Origin: a virus
Taxonomy: Duplodnaviria > Caudoviricetes
Reading direction: 5' to 3' (one strand)
Length of the DNA: 35,195 nt
Virus record (IMG/VR): IMGVR_UViG_3300031965_000098
Span: 1-35,195 of that record
Part shown: piece after piece, positions 7,258-15,031 of the stretch
Layout: each line of letters opens with the position of its first letter
Position numbering within the stretch: the stretch's first letter is position 1
Made by a program: the position numbers and the translations under genes
Notes under the pieces: generated by a model
The model's database searches: none
What the model saw: only the letters and a program-made list of their open reading frames with translations
Told to the model about the DNA's origin: nothing

Positions 7258-7361
7258 GCGAGGTGCAGCGCGAGGAACGCGCCGACGAGGAGCAGCACGA
7301 AGGCGACGCCGCCGGCGAGCTCGTCGAGGATGCTGCTGGGCTGCTGCTCTCGGGGTCCCAT
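7254..7361 (-). CDS. Small hydrophobic peptide (35 aa, MGPREQQPSSILDELAGGVAFVLLLVGAFLALHLA)
   Basis: First ORF downstream of the PL-like promoter; C-terminal TM-like segment. Confidence 0.45.
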   Translation of the reverse strand: MGPREQQPSSILDELAGGVAFVLLLVGAFLALHLA

Positions 7362-7390
7362 GGGCCACCGTTTACCTGAACGGTCGGCAG

Positions 7391-7431
7391 AATATAGGCA
7401 GGCCGATACCCTTGTCAATAGGCATGCCGAT
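7391..7431 (-). promoter_or_regulatory. PL-like promoter with two repressor operators
   Basis: Minus-strand TTGACA (7418-7413), 16 nt, TATATT (7396-7391); operators ATAGGCAGGCCGAT 7394-7407 and ATAGGCATGCCGAT 7418-7431. Confidence 0.82.
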
Positions 7432-7528
7432 ATCGTGCGGTGTTCAACCCTTGTCAGGGCTTGCTGCTGGGATAACTTAGGGCTGAATCAGGCTCAACGG
7501 CTTGCGCCGCGAAGCGGGACCATCGCGC

Positions 7529-7891
7529 TCAGCCGCGCCTGAACAGGCGGCCGATGGACCTCCCCGCCGCGACCGACGTGCCGGACGGCTGCGCAGGAGG
7601 TAGCGCGACTTGGCCCTCCTCGGCCTGAGGCACGAGCCGCAAGCCGCAGTGCTTGCAGACCCTGGCTTCCTTGAGCACCAACTCGCGGCAGTCGGGGCAC
7701 TTGACGTGTGTCTGCGGCGTCGGCGTGCCAGGCGCGATCGCGAGCGACGGCAACACCGCGACGAACAGCAGCCCGAGTAGCGGGCTGATCAGCACCGCGA
7801 TCAGGAACCATGCCACGCCGCTGCGGCCGCGAAACGCCGCGAGCATGCCGACGAGCACCGCGAACACCAACCACAGGATCACGATCTCCAC
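7529..7891 (-). CDS. Membrane-anchored zinc-ribbon protein (immunity-region accessory gene)
   Basis: Two N-terminal TM segments, then CPDC-x10-CKHC; immediately downstream of the repressor. Confidence 0.82.
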   Translation of the reverse strand: MEIVILWLVFAVLVGMLAAFRGRSGVAWFLIAVLISPLLGLLFVAVLPSLAIAPGTPTPQTHVKCPDCRELVLKEARVCKHCGLRLVPQAEEGQVALPPAQPSGTSVAAGRSIGRLFRRG

Positions 7892-7901
7892 GGCTTATAG
7901 C

Positions 7902-8330
7902 TTAGCGCTTTTTCTCGGGCCTGGTGACGCGATATCGGCCGATGGCCTGGGCCGTGATCAAGCGCTCGGCCGCTTCGTTCTGCAACCCGTCGTCGTCCAA
8001 TTTTGCCGCGTTCATGATGTTGACGCGCCACCGCGGCTGTGCCGCGCGGTAGTTCGCGAGCAACTCGCGCTCGTCGTCGGAGAGCGCCTCGGCTTCGCCA
8101 TATTCTATCGGCAGCTTGCCGGTGACGAGCCATTCCGGCCGCACCTTCAGAGCGTGAGATATCGCGATGAGTGTCGGCCCGCTGATCTCCTTGGTCGCGC
8201 CCGTTTCGAGGTCGGAGATGGACGACTGCGTGATCCCGGCGGCCTGAGCCAGCTGGGTCTGATTCTTCTTCCTGTGCTGGCGGGCACGCCGTAGTCGCTG
8301 GCCCAACCTGGTCAGTCCTGTGGTGTCCAC
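7902..8330 (-). CDS. cI: CI-like XRE-family HTH repressor (about 142 aa, GTG start inferred)
   Basis: LGQRLRRAR..NQTQLAQAAGITQSSISDLETG..LIAISHALKVRPEWLVTG; divergent from cro. Confidence 0.88.
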   Translation of the reverse strand: MDTTGLTRLGQRLRRARQHRKKNQTQLAQAAGITQSSISDLETGATKEISGPTLIAISHALKVRPEWLVTGKLPIEYGEAEALSDDERELLANYRAAQPRWRVNIMNAAKLDDDGLQNEAAERLITAQAIGRYRVTRPEKKR

Positions 8331-8354
8331 GCACCTATGATCGGCCCAAGGTCT

Positions 8355-8396
8355 ATCGGCTTGCCTATTGACAGAAAGATCGGCATGCCGATAATG
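8355..8396 (+). promoter_or_regulatory. PR-like promoter with two repressor operators
   Basis: TTGACA 8368-8373, GATAAT 8390-8395; operators ATCGGCTTGCCTAT 8355-8368 and perfect palindrome ATCGGCATGCCGAT 8379-8392. Confidence 0.85.
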
Positions 8397-8403
8397 TGAC
8401 CGG

Positions 8404-8619
8404 ATGACTAAGCAGGAAGCGATCGATTTCTTCGGTACGCAGGTCGCGCTGGCCAGGGCGCTCGACATCACGCAGTCCTCGGTGGCCGAGTGGGGCGTGT
8501 ATCCGCCCGAGCCCCGCCAGCTGCAGTTGCAACGGGTGACGGGCGGGCAGCTGCGTGCGGAAGCCGACGTGCTCGCCAAGTACGGCGTACCGCAGGCGAG
8601 CCCGCAAGGGGTGGCATGA
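8404..8619 (+). CDS. cro: Cro-like transcriptional regulator
   Basis: MTKQEAIDFFGTQVALARALDITQSSVAEWG..PP..RQLQLQRVTGGQL matches the Cro/DicC pattern; divergent from cI. Confidence 0.9.
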   Translation: MTKQEAIDFFGTQVALARALDITQSSVAEWGVYPPEPRQLQLQRVTGGQLRAEADVLAKYGVPQASPQGVA

Positions 8620-8706
8620 GTCGCACGCCGCCAGTCTCTTTTTTTGCCCACTGAGGGCCGTTACTAACGCCTACTAAAACGGCTCCTTTTTTTAGGAAGC
8701 ATTTGT

Positions 8707-9108
8707 ATGAACCCCCAGCAACCGCTGTTCTACGAGTCCATCTACGACGCGCTGCGCGAGCTGGTGCGCGTGCTCGGCGGCGCCAAGGCGGTCGGGCTAG
8801 CGCTCTGGCCCGGCAAGAGCATGCAGGACGCGGCGACACGCCTGCACAACTGCCTCGATCACAACCGCCCCGAGAAACTGAGCCCCGAGGATCTGATGGT
8901 GCTGCTCAAGAAGGGCCACGAGCGGGGCTGCCATCTGGTGATGGAATATCTCGCCGCCGAGGCCGGTTATACGCGGCCGGTGCCGCTCGATCCGAAAGAC
9001 GAGCTCGCGCAGCTCCAGCGCCAGTTCATCGACGCGGTGCACGGCGTCCAGGCGATGGGCGAGCGCCTCGAGCGCCTGACACGGCCGCCGCTGCAGGGAG
9101 TGAAGTGA
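8707..9108 (+). CDS. CII-like phage regulatory protein
   Basis: Position after cro; DALRELVRVLGGAKAVG..LHNCLD..EKLSPEDL resembles the CII-like family. Confidence 0.7.
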   Translation: MNPQQPLFYESIYDALRELVRVLGGAKAVGLALWPGKSMQDAATRLHNCLDHNRPEKLSPEDLMVLLKKGHERGCHLVMEYLAAEAGYTRPVPLDPKDELAQLQRQFIDAVHGVQAMGERLERLTRPPLQGVK

Positions 9109-9128
9109 GCGCAGGCGAAGAGGCAGGA

Positions 9129-9395
9129 ATGACCTACACCAAGCTCATCCTCGACCTTCTCGAAGCGGCCAAGGAGGAAGAAGGCCGCGCGCGTCTTTTC
9201 CGATTCAAACTGGACGATGAGTTTCAGGCTGTGCGTGCGGAGAAGAGGGCGCGGCTCCTCAGTGAAGCGGGCAGCACGTTGATTGCCGAACAGATGGCAA
9301 TCGTTGTCCTGACACGGGAAGTAGAGGGCCTGCGTTCGTTGAAGGCGTCGGTCGATCAGGCGCGCAATTCAGGCGACGGGAGCTATCGGCCATGA
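9129..9395 (+). CDS. Hypothetical phage protein
   Basis: MTYTKLILDLLEAAKEEE... helical ORF (alternative GTG start at 9105); ATGA overlap with the next gene. Confidence 0.55.
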   Translation: MTYTKLILDLLEAAKEEEGRARLFRFKLDDEFQAVRAEKRARLLSEAGSTLIAEQMAIVVLTREVEGLRSLKASVDQARNSGDGSYRP

Positions 9396-9871
9396 CCAAG
9401 CCGCTCGGTCAGGCACATGAGGGAGATCGGACTGCGTTGCGCGTCAGGACCATCACGCCGTTCGCGGACGAACATAAAGCCGAACAGGAGGCCCACGCCG
9501 AGCGCGCTGCCGAGCGCATGCGAAAGCTTAACGCCGACCCGGAGTTCGCCAAGGCCAACGCCGAGCGCATGCGAAAGCTCCACGCCGACCCGGAGTTCGC
9601 CAAGGCCAACGCCGAGCGCGCTGCCGAGCGCATGCGAAAGCTCCACGCCGACCCGGAGTTCGCCAAGGCCCACGCCGAGCGCATGCGAAAGCTTAACGCC
9701 GACCCGGAGTTCGCCAAGGCCAACGCCGAGCGCGCTGCCGAGCGCATGCGAAAGCTCCACGCCGACCCGGAGTTCGCCAAGGCCCACGCCGCCGCGGTGT
9801 CAGTGGCGCAGAAAAAACGGTGGGCAGCGTGGAGGCGAAAGCGTGGACGGACCGAAGGAGTATCCCGGTGA
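9392..9871 (+). CDS. Tandem-repeat helical protein (AERMRKL[N/H]ADPEFAKA[N/H] x5)
   Basis: In-frame repeats, basic C-terminus, start and stop overlap neighbours. Confidence 0.7.
   Translation: MTKPLGQAHEGDRTALRVRTITPFADEHKAEQEAHAERAAERMRKLNADPEFAKANAERMRKLHADPEFAKANAERAAERMRKLHADPEFAKAHAERMRKLNADPEFAKANAERAAERMRKLHADPEFAKAHAAAVSVAQKKRWAAWRRKRGRTEGVSR
9491..9790 (+). repeat. Coding tandem repeat with units alternating 63/51/63/51/63 bp
   Basis: Core GCCGAGCGCATGCGAAAGCTYMACGCCGACCCGGAGTTCGCCAAG repeated five times; the long units carry an extra GCCGAGCGCGCT. Confidence 0.95.
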
Positions 9872-10056
9872 GTGATTGGATCGAGGAGTACCTGACGCTG
9901 ATCGAGGACTGCGAGAAACGCGAGAGCAAGCTGTCCTCGTGGGACGTTGATTTCCTGGCCTCGGTCAAGGACCGCCTGATCGACAAGAAGCCCCTCACGC
10001 CGAAGCAGATCGAGTGCCTCGACGGGATTTGGGAGAGGGCGACAAAAAATGACTGA
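9868..10056 (+). CDS. Small hypothetical phage protein (62 aa)
   Basis: GTGA overlap, GGAG RBS; KLSSWDVDFLASVKDRL..LTPKQIECLDGIWER. Confidence 0.7.
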   Translation: MSDWIEEYLTLIEDCEKRESKLSSWDVDFLASVKDRLIDKKPLTPKQIECLDGIWERATKND

Positions 10057-10330
10057 CTGTCCGCACATGGCATTTACGGCGAGCGTCGGTGTGGCGCGCT
10101 TGGAGGACACGGGACAGTTTCAGGCGCACGTGAAGATCGAGTGCGCGCAATGTCATCGGCCGTTTCAGTTTCTCGGGTTGCCGCTCGGGCTTGATTTACG
10201 GGGGGCCGCGATGAGCGCTGACGGTCAGGAGGCGCACCTTGCCATCGCCCCCGTGGGAAGTGTTTTCCAGCCGCTCGACGAGGCGCTGCTGCGCGGGTTC
10301 CGGTTGAAGATGCCCGGGGCAGATCACTGA
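10049..10330 (+). CDS. Hypothetical protein with a CxxC motif
   Basis: 93-aa ORF with CPH..CAQC, overlapping the previous stop. Confidence 0.65.
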   Translation: MTDCPHMAFTASVGVARLEDTGQFQAHVKIECAQCHRPFQFLGLPLGLDLRGAAMSADGQEAHLAIAPVGSVFQPLDEALLRGFRLKMPGADH

Positions 10331-10333
10331 GCC

Positions 10334-10552
10334 ATGCCCACCGACCTCGACCATCCTCTCGCCAAGCCACGCGACACGGTGGAGACGCCGCTCGGGCGCA
10401 TCGGCCTGGTCACCGCCGTGCTGCCGGCCGGGCGCCGCGAGGTGCAGTACCTGGATCTCGAGGGCGGCACGGTCGAGCTCAGGGTCGAGCTGCTGCGCGT
10501 GCGCAAGCCGGCGAAGCCCGTGCCCTGGCCGGCAGGAACCAAGTTCACCTAG
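10334..10552 (+). CDS. Hypothetical small beta-rich protein
   Basis: 72-aa ORF in the operon, ending 3 nt before the primase. Confidence 0.6.
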   Translation: MPTDLDHPLAKPRDTVETPLGRIGLVTAVLPAGRREVQYLDLEGGTVELRVELLRVRKPAKPVPWPAGTKFT

Positions 10553-10555
10553 CCC

Positions 10556-12955
10556 ATGGCGACCCTCGACCGAGCGCTCGAGCAGATGCTCGGGGCGGGG
10601 ATGCCCCTCCCTCCGCACGGCCAGTTGATCGCCGACGGGCGGATTCACCGCTACGACAAAAAGGCGCGCGCCTGGTACGTGCTGCACGAGTACCTGGCGC
10701 GCAATCAGCAGCGCTACGTCTCGGGCGCGTTCGGGCTGTGGGGGCTGATCGAGTCTACGAAGATCGAGAGCGACTGGGCCGGGGTCGATCCAGAGGAAGC
10801 CGATCGGCTGCGGCGCTCGCTGCAGGCGCTTGAGGCGCGCGAGCGCGAGAAACGCGCCGCCCGCGCGCGCTTCGCCGCGCAGCGCGCTAGATCGCAATGG
10901 AACGGCGCGCGCGCGGTGCTCAAAGCTGGCGAGGTGTGCCCGTACCTGCGGCGGAAGGGCGTCGAGCACGACCAGGGGCTGCGCTACTTCACCGACGGCA
11001 CGCTGGTGGTGCCGATGGTGCACTACGACGTCACCGAGGACCAGGAGAAGGATCCAAAGTACACAGGGCCGCTGCGCCTGGTCGGGCTGCAGAAGATCTC
11101 GCCCGACGGCACGAAGCGCTTCAACAAGGGCATGTGGAAGGAGGGCGCCGCGTGCCGCCTTGGCAAGAAGCCGAAGGACGGCGACGTGCTGCTCGTCGCC
11201 GAAGGCGTGGCGACGGCGCTTTCGATCCGCGAGGCGCTCGAGCGCGAGCATCCGGTGTTTGTCGCGTTCGATGCCTACAACCTCACGCCGGTAGCGAAGA
11301 TCCTGCGCGCGCTCTATCTGAAGTCCACGATCATGGTGTGCGCCGACGATGATCACGAGACGGAAGGCAATCCCGGCATCACGATGGCCAAACGTGCCGC
11401 CGAGGCGATCGCCGGCGCGGTGTGCACGCCGACGTTCGCCGAGGGCCGCGACGCGAAGTGGACCGACTTCAACGACCTGCACGCCGGCGAAGGCCTCGAC
11501 CAGGTGCGTGCGCAGGTCGGGGCCGCGATCGCGATGGCGCGCGCTGGTTCCACCGTACCCGAGGCGGCTGCGCCGAAGGGCGGGAATGGCGGCGATGATG
11601 GCGATGAGCCCGACTGGGAGCTGCACGGCTCGCTGATCCGGCGCTTCACGCAGATCTACCCTTCGGACGAGGCCTGGGACGCGCTGATCGAGCGCCTGGT
11701 CAAGATCGAGCACATGCGGCTCATGTTCGGCCGCAGGCCGGTGAACATGTGGCTCGCCTCGCGCAAGAAGCGCGTGGTGCTCAAAGAGCGCGTCGTGTTC
11801 GATCCTGCGCAGTCGGTGGACCCCGAAACGCACGTCAACCTGTTCCGCGGCCTCGCGCTCGAGCCTTCAACCGAAGGGCGCTGCGATCGGCTGCTCGAGC
11901 TGCTGTTCTATCTCTGCGGCGAGGACCAGTGGATCTTCGACTGGGTGCTGAAGTGGCTCGCCTATCCGCTGCAGCACGTCGGGGCGAAGATGCACTCGGC
12001 GGTGGTGATGCACGGCGATCCCGGCGCCGGCAAGAACCTGTTCTTCAGGGCGATCGCCGAGATTTATGGCGATCACGCCGGCGTGATCTCGAACATGCAG
12101 CTGGAGAGCCAGTTCAACGACTGGCTCTCGGCCAAGCTCTTCCTGGTGGCGAACGAGGTCGTCGCGCGCCGGGAGCTGCGCCACCAGGTGGGCTACCTGC
12201 TCAATCTCGTCACCGAGCCCGAGGTGTGGATCAACCCCAAGCAGATCGGCGGACGGTGGGAGGCGAACCACGCGAACCTCGTCTTTTTCTCGAACGAGCT
12301 CGAGCCGCTGCATGTCAGCCCGAAGGACCGTCGCTACATGGTGATCAAGACGCCCGGGCCGCTCGACAAGGCATACTACGACGCCATCGTCGCCGAGCTG
12401 CGCGCCGGCGGCGCAGCCGCGCTTTTTCGCTACCTGCTCGACCTCGAGCTCGGTGACTTCGGTGTGCAGACGAAGCCGATGGACACGCAGGCGAAGCGCG
12501 ACCTGGTCGAGATCGGCATGCCGGCTTCGCAGCTCTACTGGCGCGATCTCAAGGACGGCACGCTCGGCTTGCCGTACTGCCCGGCGCTCGCGACCGACGT
12601 GTACCAGGGCTACCTGACCTGGTGCCGGCGCAACGGCGAAAAGATGCCCGAGCGCATCAACCGCTTCGTGCCGAACTTCATGCGCCTGAACGGGGTGAAG
12701 CGCATAGACGCGCGCGTGGGCGATCCGGAGAAGCCCCGCGATCTCGCCGTGGCCCCCGAGGACAAGCAGCGCCGGCGCCGCGTGCTGCTCATGGGCGAGC
12801 CCGAGGCGAACGCAGAGGACGAGCGCCTGCGGTGTCTGCGCGGCCTCGTAGAGTTCCGCAAGGCGTTGCACGAGTTCGTGAGCGACGACAGTTTCGGCGC
12901 TTTCGGGTCTGGAAGCGCCAGCTACGGCATGTGGGGTCGCGGAGGGACGGCGTGA
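10556..12955 (+). CDS. Fused TOPRIM primase and P-loop (SF3/DUF5906-like) helicase, replication protein
   Basis: AEGVATALS, VAFDAYNL, CADDD, DFNDLH (TOPRIM, P4-alpha-like); Walker A GDPGAGKN, LVANE, VFFSN, DRRY (helicase). Confidence 0.92.
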   Translation: MATLDRALEQMLGAGMPLPPHGQLIADGRIHRYDKKARAWYVLHEYLARNQQRYVSGAFGLWGLIESTKIESDWAGVDPEEADRLRRSLQALEAREREKRAARARFAAQRARSQWNGARAVLKAGEVCPYLRRKGVEHDQGLRYFTDGTLVVPMVHYDVTEDQEKDPKYTGPLRLVGLQKISPDGTKRFNKGMWKEGAACRLGKKPKDGDVLLVAEGVATALSIREALEREHPVFVAFDAYNLTPVAKILRALYLKSTIMVCADDDHETEGNPGITMAKRAAEAIAGAVCTPTFAEGRDAKWTDFNDLHAGEGLDQVRAQVGAAIAMARAGSTVPEAAAPKGGNGGDDGDEPDWELHGSLIRRFTQIYPSDEAWDALIERLVKIEHMRLMFGRRPVNMWLASRKKRVVLKERVVFDPAQSVDPETHVNLFRGLALEPSTEGRCDRLLELLFYLCGEDQWIFDWVLKWLAYPLQHVGAKMHSAVVMHGDPGAGKNLFFRAIAEIYGDHAGVISNMQLESQFNDWLSAKLFLVANEVVARRELRHQVGYLLNLVTEPEVWINPKQIGGRWEANHANLVFFSNELEPLHVSPKDRRYMVIKTPGPLDKAYYDAIVAELRAGGAAALFRYLLDLELGDFGVQTKPMDTQAKRDLVEIGMPASQLYWRDLKDGTLGLPYCPALATDVYQGYLTWCRRNGEKMPERINRFVPNFMRLNGVKRIDARVGDPEKPRDLAVAPEDKQRRRRVLLMGEPEANAEDERLRCLRGLVEFRKALHEFVSDDSFGAFGSGSASYGMWGRGGTA

Positions 12956-12963
12956 GCCGGTTC

Positions 12964-13304
12964 GTGGAGAGGCGGTGGCTGACAGTGGAGAGGGTGTGGC
13001 TGACAGTGGAGAGGGTGTGGCTGACAGTGGAGAGGGGGTGGCTGACAGTGGAGAGGGCTGTGGAGAACTACACCATGCGATTGATCAGACAAGAGAAAGT
13101 GTGCCCTGGTCGAGGGTGGCGAGGGTCTTGCGCGCATACGCGTGTGCGTGCGCGCGCGCCTGTCTGCGCGCAGACAGGCAGGCGCGCGTGCGCCCATACG
13201 CGCGCGCGCGCACGCCTCTCTCCACTGTCTCCACTGTCAGCCTGGATAAAAAAATCAACGGGTTGCGGTGGAGAGGGTGTGGAGAGGGTGGAGAGGGCTG
13301 TGGA
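12964..13304. repeat. Putative replication origin: 4 x 21-bp iterons plus inverted and partial copies
   Basis: GTGGCTGACAGTGGAGAGGG(T) at 12975, 12996, 13017, 13038; inverted CTCCACTGTC x2 at about 13220-13240; GTGGAGAGGG x3 at 13268-13297; palindrome 13158-13179. Confidence 0.8.
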
Positions 13305-13322
13305 TAACCGTGGGGTGGGTCG

Positions 13323-14093
13323 ATGAGCATCCTCAAGCCCGACGTGCTCGAGCGCGCCGGCATCGCGCTCAGCGTTGGGGGCGATGCTGACCTGATCGGT
13401 GCGCTCGCCTACGCGCAGACTAACCCGAACGCCGAGGAACACGAGGAGCGCGTCGTCGCCGAGATCGATGCGCGCACCGAGCTCGCAAGCCAGCTCATGC
13501 GCCTCAAGCTCGGGGGCGATGTGGGCGTGGCGTCCAGAGTGACGTTGATGCTCGAGCGCTGGGTGCGGCATCAGCGCGCTTTTCGCCAGTGGAAGATGCG
13601 GCCCGGGCGCGCCGACCTGGTGAGCCGGTTCGTACGGCAGGGCCTGGATGAGTGGCTCTTCGAAACGTGCACCGAATGCCAAGGCCTGCAGTTGGTGGGC
13701 CTGGATCGTGGCGAGATCGTGACACGCAGGATCCGGTGCGTGCGCTGTGCCGGGCGTGGGTGGCTGAACGAGGTGCCGCGCTACACGCCGAAGTCTCCCT
13801 CGATGCTCGGCGCCAAGGTGCGAAGCGACTGTCGCATGTGTGGCGGCGGTGGATGGCGCACCTTCTCCCGGGTTCGGCAACGCAAGACCGAGCAATGCTC
13901 GAGGTGCAAGGGCACTGGCCTGCGCATCGCCAGCGACACGGAACGAGCGCGCGCCCTGGGTGTGGAGCTGCGCGTCTATCAGCACTACTGGGCGAAGCGC
14001 TTCAGTTGGTTGGCCGACGCGCTCGATCATCTGGACCACGTCGAGCGGCGGTGCTTGCAGTCCCAGTTGCGCTCTGGTATAAGTCGCGCCTGA
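13323..14093 (+). CDS. Q-like late antiterminator/regulator with DnaJ-type CxxCxGxG zinc motifs
   Basis: CTECQG, CVRCAGRG, CRMCGGGG, CSRCKGTG; ERARALGV..Y..YW C-terminus; lies between replication and packaging modules. Confidence 0.72.
   Translation: MSILKPDVLERAGIALSVGGDADLIGALAYAQTNPNAEEHEERVVAEIDARTELASQLMRLKLGGDVGVASRVTLMLERWVRHQRAFRQWKMRPGRADLVSRFVRQGLDEWLFETCTECQGLQLVGLDRGEIVTRRIRCVRCAGRGWLNEVPRYTPKSPSMLGAKVRSDCRMCGGGGWRTFSRVRQRKTEQCSRCKGTGLRIASDTERARALGVELRVYQHYWAKRFSWLADALDHLDHVERRCLQSQLRSGISRA
14055..14083 (+). promoter_or_regulatory. Putative late (pR'-like) promoter overlapping the 3' end of the Q-like gene
   Basis: TTGCAG, 17 nt, TATAAG with a TGn extended -10; followed by two terminator-like hairpins. 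Confidence 0.5.
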
Positions 14094-14213
14094 AGTCGAG
14101 CAGTTGTCCGGTGCGCCGAGGTTTGCGCCGGCTGCAGTGCCGGGCGGGAGATAAGAACCCTACCAACCGCGCCTTCCCGGATCCGAGTCGCTTTCGCTCG
14201 CCCTGAAAATCCC

Positions 14214-14246
14214 GAGGCCCGCCCCGCGCGGGCCTCTTCGTTTCTT
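14214..14246 (+). terminator. Possible intrinsic terminator
   Basis: GAGGCCCGC / GCGGGCCTC stem followed by TTCGTTTCTT. Confidence 0.5.
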
Positions 14247-14293
14247 GCACTGCCTTGCCACGCTCTCCTCCTCCTTACGTGAGCAAGGTTTTC

Positions 14294-14320
14294 GCCGCGC
14301 CGGGTGGCGCGGCTTTTTAT
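14294..14320 (+). terminator. Intrinsic terminator
   Basis: GCCGCGCC-GGGT-GGCGCGGC stem-loop followed by TTTTTAT. Confidence 0.7.
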
Positions 14321-14352
14321 TCGAGCGCCAGCAGCAACACACGCTGCAGCGC

Positions 14353-14406
14353 GGGTCCTTCCAGCGCCCAGTCCTTTGCGATCGGGACGACCTCGATTTC
14401 TCGCTA
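14353..14406 (+). other. Lambda-like cos site (cosQ plus cosN-like)
   Basis: GGGTCCT (lambda cosQ) at 14353-14359, then 22 nt, then TCGGGACGACCT-CG..TCGCTA resembling lambda GGGCGGCGACCT-CG..TCGCTA; just upstream of terS. Confidence 0.7.
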
Positions 14407-14449
14407 GCTGCGTGGGTCTATAGGGGTTAACTCGTCTGCGGGGTGAGCT

Positions 14450-15031
14450 ATGGGCAAGGTGGTGAATCAAACCGAGCTCGCCGAACTCCACGGCGTCACC
14501 GACGTTACGTTGTGGCAATGGCAGAAGGAAGGCATGCCGGTCGCGAAGATCAGCACCCGCGGGCTGCCGAACGAGTACCAGGTTCCGGACACGATCGTGT
14601 GGCGGGTGGCGCGCGAGGTGAAGAAGGTGCGCGAGGAGTCGCCGCGCGACATGCTGTACCGCGAGCAGACCAAACTCGTGCAGCTGCAGATCGCCGAGAA
14701 GCAGGGGCTGCTGGTGCCGGCGGCCGACATCGAGCAGAAGTTCGAGCGCCTGGTGGTGAACGCGCGTCAGCGCCTGATGCAGCTGCCGCCGCTGATGCAC
14801 GGGCGCCTTCCGCCGGAAGTTCTCGCGCAACTCGAAGAGGCGATCCACGGCGCACTGACGGAGCTGGCTTCCTATGGACCGAGCGACCAAACTGATCACG
14901 CGGGTGGCGAAGAGGTGGGCGCCGCCGATCAGCCGCTCGGTGGCGGCGTGGGCGGAGGAGAAGAGGTACCTGAGCGACAAGTCTCCGTTCCCGGGGAAAT
15001 ACGTCCTCTCAAGGACCCCGTATCTTCGTGA
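14450..15031 (+). CDS. Terminase small subunit (Nu1-like)
   Basis: VNQTELAELHGVTDVTLWQWQKEGMP winged HTH, coiled coil, GLLVPAADIE. Confidence 0.88.
   Translation: MGKVVNQTELAELHGVTDVTLWQWQKEGMPVAKISTRGLPNEYQVPDTIVWRVAREVKKVREESPRDMLYREQTKLVQLQIAEKQGLLVPAADIEQKFERLVVNARQRLMQLPPLMHGRLPPEVLAQLEEAIHGALTELASYGPSDQTDHAGGEEVGAADQPLGGGVGGGEEVPERQVSVPGEIRPLKDPVSS

Noticed and set aside
9491-9790. AAC/CAC variation among repeat units as a further DGR target
   Set aside because: No similarity to the TR, only two alleles, and linked to a T/C change; explained by tandem duplication.
12975-13058. CRISPR array
   Set aside because: The repeats are head-to-tail with no unique spacers and there are no cas genes; iterons fit better.
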